From the IMG/VR virus record IMGVR_UViG_3300006153_000003: 64,000 nucleotides of DNA. One strand, written 5' to 3'. A model generated the notes under the pieces. It was not told the origin of the DNA, did not search any database, and saw nothing but the letters and a program-made list of their open reading frames with translations. This document shows positions 59,825 through 64,000 of the stretch, one piece after another. A program made the translations under genes and the position numbers. Every line of letters begins with the position of its first letter. The stretch's first letter is position 1. The stretch comes from a virus (lineage: Duplodnaviria > Caudoviricetes).

Positions 59825-60844
59825 ATGATACAGCAAAATGGATATCTAGCAGTACAACATATACGGGTTCGTATCAATCATAATATCATCAGCACTGTTA
59901 ATCTGGTTCAAGGTGACACAGCCCGTGAATTTCATTTTTTCTTTGACGACTACATCATCCCAGAAGGTGCAGAATTTCGTATTTATATTCGTAAACCGTC
60001 TGGTTGTGAAATATATAGTCATTGCTACTTACGAAATGATGAAATCGTTGTGCAACCCACTTTACAAATGGTTGCCGAAAAAGGACAGAACTTAGGTCAG
60101 ATACAAATTATAAAGGATGACAAATTGCTTAACACTTTCGTCTTCTATCTTGCTATCGAAGAAAATCTTATCTTCTCCTCCTCTATTACTTCTTCAAACG
60201 AATTCGATCTAATCAATGATTTCATAGATACTGCAAGGCGGTTAATCCCAGAAATAGAAAAAACACTTGCAGATGCCCAGGAGCAAGAAGCTAAACGAGA
60301 GGATTCAGAGAATGATAGAAAAAATAATGAACTGGTCAGAATTCTTAATGAAGATGAACGAGTAAATAATGAAAATACACGTATAGCTAATGAAATTATA
60401 CGAAATGAAAACGAAGAAGTCCGGAAAGCAAATGAGATTGAACGTCAAAAAAATACAGGCATTGCCATAAAAGAAGCCAATACTGCCAGAGATAAGGCAA
60501 ACGAAGCTACTAAGAATGCAAATGACACTGCTCAAGACATAAAAGATAAATTAGCTAATGGTGAATTTAGTGCAAGTATCCACGTAGGTGATGTAACAAC
60601 TGGAGATGCTAGCAGCGAAGTCGAAATCACAAATACTGGCACGGCTAAAGATGCTGTATTTAATTTTAAAATCCCCAAAGGAGATACAGGTGAAAGTGGT
60701 ATCACTACTCCCATCAGCGGTTTTCTCTCTTTATCGGTAGATGATTTAGGCAATCTATATGTACATTACAATGATGAACCCGAAAATCAAGAATTTGAAT
60801 ATGATCCGGATACCGGAAGTTTATATTATATCACACCAGATTAA
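59825..60844 (+). CDS. BppU-like upper baseplate protein
   Basis: VQGDTARE...IRKPSG N-terminal BppU motif; E..R..NE coil; NTGT...AVFNFKIPKG. Confidence 0.8.
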   Translation: MIQQNGYLAVQHIRVRINHNIISTVNLVQGDTAREFHFFFDDYIIPEGAEFRIYIRKPSGCEIYSHCYLRNDEIVVQPTLQMVAEKGQNLGQIQIIKDDKLLNTFVFYLAIEENLIFSSSITSSNEFDLINDFIDTARRLIPEIEKTLADAQEQEAKREDSENDRKNNELVRILNEDERVNNENTRIANEIIRNENEEVRKANEIERQKNTGIAIKEANTARDKANEATKNANDTAQDIKDKLANGEFSASIHVGDVTTGDASSEVEITNTGTAKDAVFNFKIPKGDTGESGITTPISGFLSLSVDDLGNLYVHYNDEPENQEFEYDPDTGSLYYITPD

Positions 60845-60867
60845 TAAGAAAGGAAGGATGATAATAT

Positions 60868-61920
60868 ATGGGAAAAGTATTAATTGGAAATATTAAGGGA
60901 CCTCAAGGACCAACCGGCGTAAGAGGCGGTATGTGGTTACAGGGAACTGCAGTTACAGGTACAAGTACAGAAGAAACTTCATTTCCTGATTCAAATATCA
61001 CTTACGCAATTATCGGAGACGCTTATTTTAACGTAGAAACGTGTAATGTATATGCATGTACTAAAGCCGGAAATCCAACTGATGCAAAGTGGGTTTATAC
61101 TGGGAATATTAAAGGTGTAAAAGGTGACACTGGTAGCACACAATCAATTCAGAATGCGGTTCTTGAGTTTAATGAAGCTCTTACTCGCGAAAATATTGAA
61201 TCAACTGATACTGTTGAGACAATCTTTGGAAAGGTTAAGAAATATTTTACAGATTTAGGCTCTGCTGCTTTTATGAATGTTGTAAATAATGTCACTCAAT
61301 CAGAAGCAGGACAAGCGGTACTTGATGCTGCTGTCGGAAAATACCTTGAAGAGAAAAAGTTTGATATAAGTAAAATTATAGCAAATCGAAACATCACAGA
61401 ACCCGGATTTGTTATGGATGGCAAAACCGTTGCCGACGCTCTTACTGAGCTAAATGGCAAATTCGCAGTAACAATTATAGAGGGGGACTTGTTTGAATAT
61501 GCGGAATTGTTACCTGTCGGATTCTATACGTTTGGAGCAAATGCAAATACGACTAATGTTCCGGACTCCCCATCTGCTGGATGTATTATAAAACGCACAT
61601 CCTCACATATTTCCATTATTCTTGTGGCATATGGAACTGGAAAATATTATTGCGTTGAATATGGTGGTAATTGGCGAAAGTGGAACAAATTAGTACTAGA
61701 CTCTGATTTAGAAGTAATTTCATTTTCCCAAGAGATTATAGCCGATACAGCTACAGCATTAAGTTCAGCTCCACAAAGTAAACAATATATACCTGTCGTA
61801 ACTACAGTATCAGGAACACCGAGATATGCGGGAAGTTTTTGCTTTACATCCGGCTCATGGTATTTTACAGCTAATAATACACAAAGGTATGGATTTGCTT
61901 TTTATAAGTATCCTGTATAA
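60868..61920 (+). CDS. tail fibre/receptor-binding protein with exchangeable C-terminus
   Basis: GNIKGPQG collagen-like start; in-frame CTAAATGGCAA at 61450-61460 (ELNGK) and CTCTGAT at 61701. Confidence 0.88.
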   Translation: MGKVLIGNIKGPQGPTGVRGGMWLQGTAVTGTSTEETSFPDSNITYAIIGDAYFNVETCNVYACTKAGNPTDAKWVYTGNIKGVKGDTGSTQSIQNAVLEFNEALTRENIESTDTVETIFGKVKKYFTDLGSAAFMNVVNNVTQSEAGQAVLDAAVGKYLEEKKFDISKIIANRNITEPGFVMDGKTVADALTELNGKFAVTIIEGDLFEYAELLPVGFYTFGANANTTNVPDSPSAGCIIKRTSSHISIILVAYGTGKYYCVEYGGNWRKWNKLVLDSDLEVISFSQEIIADTATALSSAPQSKQYIPVVTTVSGTPRYAGSFCFTSGSWYFTANNTQRYGFAFYKYPV

Positions 61921-62015
61921 GAGGAGATCCCATGATTTCAGCGAAAGGAAATAGAAAACCGAATTCACAGCATCTTTATAATATTGTTACAAGATAATGA
62001 GTTGATTTTCGTAAT

Positions 62016-62501
62016 TTACGCCGGATACTTGTAAAAACGAATAGTCATATTTTGTTCAGTAGGTGATATCACAAGCCACGAATTTGCGCCCCGATTTCCA
62101 TAAACTGAAACGCCTGTATAATCACTACTTACTCTTAATACAACAGGGATATAATTCATGCCTGTTATGTTGGGGACATAGTTATTGCTACCACGGACAG
62201 TATCCATTGTGACATCCGTATAGCCTAAATCAGAGGTTAGAACATATGGAATCCATGTAACTTCTTGTTCTCGATTAATCATTGAACCTGAGTACAACCG
62301 AGAAGGAATATCTAATAGTCCAGTATACACAATTGCCAAGAAATATGAATCTCCAGCAAAATATCCAGGTCTAGAATATCCGAGGGTTCTAATAATAACA
62401 CCGTAATTCCCTGGAAAATTTCCGCCAGAATTTTTCCATTCGCCTATACTCCATATTTTGAACGAATTTCCCCTAGATATAGTATTTATATTGCCATTTA
62501 G
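62016..62501 (-). other. silent tail-fibre C-terminal cassette 4
   Basis: Frame open from CTAAATGGCAA (62501-62491): LNGNINTISRGNSFKIWSIGEW...; ends YIPVV...FYKYPA. Confidence 0.88.
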
Positions 62502-62607
62502 ATGAGAAGTTAAACTTTTCGAAAGACACTTGTAATTTAGATTTTTATGTCATATAATATCGGTAAAAATCATTTTGATAAATAAAGCGTATAGAGGAGG
62601 AATATTA

Positions 62608-63267
62608 ATGATTTCTACAAAAGATATGGCATTTTATTATCCTAATGGTGAAGAAATCAAAAAAGAAATATTTTTAGATTTCTATAGTAAATGCTATTAT
62701 ATGAATAATAATGTTTTTGTCGAAGATGAGATTGAGAAATTATTAGATAAAGGTAAAAATAATTTGACAGAAGAGGATTTGTTTAATATTTTAGCTTGGA
62801 AGATTGGGAAGATTAATCACAAAAAATCCAATCCAGATGATGGTATAATATATTATAAGGATTGGAACAAAGAACTTTTAGAAGCTAAAATATATAAAGA
62901 TTCATTGGACAAAGAGTTTTTTTCTTGCATTAAAAAAAGTTTATTAGAAATTAATGGTGAAGAATTGATCGATTATATAAACAAATTGAAAGATATAAAT
63001 CATCTAGGACCAGTGTATATTGTCACATTGAGATATTTTTCAACAAAAGGGAAATATCCAATTTATGATAGATTTGCATATAAAGCAATACAAGCCATTT
63101 TAAATAATCATATTCCTTTTGATTTAATTCCTGAAAAAAATACATTAAATAAAAACATTAATGATATATATAATGAATATTTAAAAAAATTACAAAATAT
63201 TTTTCCAGAGAATTTTAGCGAACGAAAAGTTGACCAAGCATTGTGGGTTTATGGACATTTATTTTAA
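62608..63267 (+). CDS. hypothetical protein, possible HhH-type DNA glycosylase-like fold
   Basis: LAWK, HLGPV, YPIYDRFA, RKVDQALWVYG; own promoter TTGTAA(62530)-17-TATAAT(62553). Confidence 0.6.
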   Translation: MISTKDMAFYYPNGEEIKKEIFLDFYSKCYYMNNNVFVEDEIEKLLDKGKNNLTEEDLFNILAWKIGKINHKKSNPDDGIIYYKDWNKELLEAKIYKDSLDKEFFSCIKKSLLEINGEELIDYINKLKDINHLGPVYIVTLRYFSTKGKYPIYDRFAYKAIQAILNNHIPFDLIPEKNTLNKNINDIYNEYLKKLQNIFPENFSERKVDQALWVYGHLF

Positions 63268-63345
63268 ACACTTTGATTAATAATATTGTCACTCAACTAA
63301 GTATCTAATATCTATATTATAATTTGATTTTTAATTCTTAAAGTA

Positions 63346-63380
63346 ATAAAAGACATCAGTACCTATCTGGTGTCTTTTAT
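63346..63380. terminator. bidirectional terminator
   Basis: ATAAAAGACATCAG/CTGGTGTCTTTTAT between convergent genes. Confidence 0.75.
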
Positions 63381-63419
63381 CAATTATATGTAATTATTGT
63401 AGTTGATTATTTTGTGCAT

Positions 63420-64000
63420 TTATGCACTCAAATATTTTTTATGATGATACTGTACACTTGCTTGGTCAACAGTACAGTAAATCATAGTAGTTTCGAGTTT
63501 TGCGTGTCCTAAGAAGCGAGAAACTTCTTGTAAGGGCATTCCTCTATTCAATGCGTTAGTTGCTGCTGTCCGACGAAAACGATGTGGATGAGCGTCTTCA
63601 ACACCAGCGCGTTTGCCAATGCGTCGAATAATATCTTCTGCACCAGCTTTTGTTAATCGTTTGTTTGGTTTCCTTAATCCTACAAATAAAGCAGGGTTAT
63701 CATCATCCCGGCTATCTAAATATTCTTTCATGTACATACATGATCTGTCGTTCAAGTAAACAATTCTTTCTTTTCCTCCTTTCCCATACACGAGTAAGTC
63801 TCTTGTCATGAAATTCAAATCTTTTCTATCAAGACTTAAAAATTCACTTACTCGAACTGCTGTACTATACAAGAATTCTAACATTGCCTTATCTCTGAGA
63901 TTAGTGCAGTTTCGAGATAGTAATTCCCTTTCTTCGTCTGTGTAAGGTTTCTTTAGAATCTGTTCCACCTTGATATCTGATACGAGAACCATAGGATTTT
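63420..64000 (-). CDS. XerC/D-like tyrosine recombinase, probable shufflon invertase (5' end outside window)
   Basis: TAVRVSE, GKGGKER, HPHRFRR, LGH, TTMIY; adjacent to fibre cassettes. Confidence 0.92.
   Translation of the reverse strand, partial: NPMVLVSDIKVEQILKKPYTDEERELLSRNCTNLRDKAMLEFLYSTAVRVSEFLSLDRKDLNFMTRDLLVYGKGGKERIVYLNDRSCMYMKEYLDSRDDDNPALFVGLRKPNKRLTKAGAEDIIRRIGKRAGVEDAHPHRFRRTAATNALNRGMPLQEVSRFLGHAKLETTMIYCTVDQASVQYHHKKYLSA

Larger units (their letters stand above)
1..64000. mobile_element. Internal segment of a large SPbeta-like phage/prophage (both ends outside window)
   Basis: YonO-type RNAP, HU, YonK/YonJ-like genes, terminase, portal, protease/scaffold, MCP, tail tube, Dit, Tal, BppU and fibre in SPbeta-like order; phage tRNAs; no host housekeeping genes. 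Confidence 0.93.

Noticed and set aside
52733-62501. Diversity-generating retroelement (TR/VR) explanation for the similar fibre C-termini
   Set aside because: No reverse transcriptase in the window, and the cassettes differ at all bases and in length rather than only at adenines; shared short in-frame sites plus a recombinase fit inversion better

Overview
The whole window is an internal 64-kb segment of a large, AT-rich SPbeta-like phage or prophage. A Clostridia/Lachnospiraceae-type host is inferred from GGAGG RBSs and sigma-A promoters. No host housekeeping genes or att sites are visible. From left to right: (1) 1-9.7 kb, a leftward array of small early genes, interrupted by an IS110 whose bridge-RNA guides can be read from the sequence. 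(2) 9.0-11.5 kb, a largely non-coding, structured control region with divergent promoters, operators, boxA-like motifs and a nested antiterminator-type cassette. (3) 12.9-14.1 kb, a strand-asymmetric repeat region. (4) 14-31 kb, middle genes: DUF3825-like, ParB-like, Rep-like, a deaminase, a YonO-type single-subunit RNA polymerase, two HU proteins, a ~630-nt ROOL/GOLLD-like structured RNA beside tRNAs, a metallophosphoesterase, and a tyrosine recombinase followed by a GIY-YIG homing endonuclease. (5) 35-52 kb, terminase, portal, head and tail genes. (6) 52.7-64 kb, a baseplate/tail-fibre module. The best candidate for a new system is a split, apparently two-tier tail-fibre shufflon. Four in-frame CTAAATGGCAA sites head four alternative fibre C-termini, arranged as two tail-to-tail pairs on either side of the 7.5-kb Dit-Tal-BppU-fibre block. 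Each C-terminus carries a second conserved in-frame CTCTGAT site, and a tyrosine recombinase lies alongside. The tape-measure gene is absent from its usual position. All family assignments come from motif recognition and synteny; no database searches were run.
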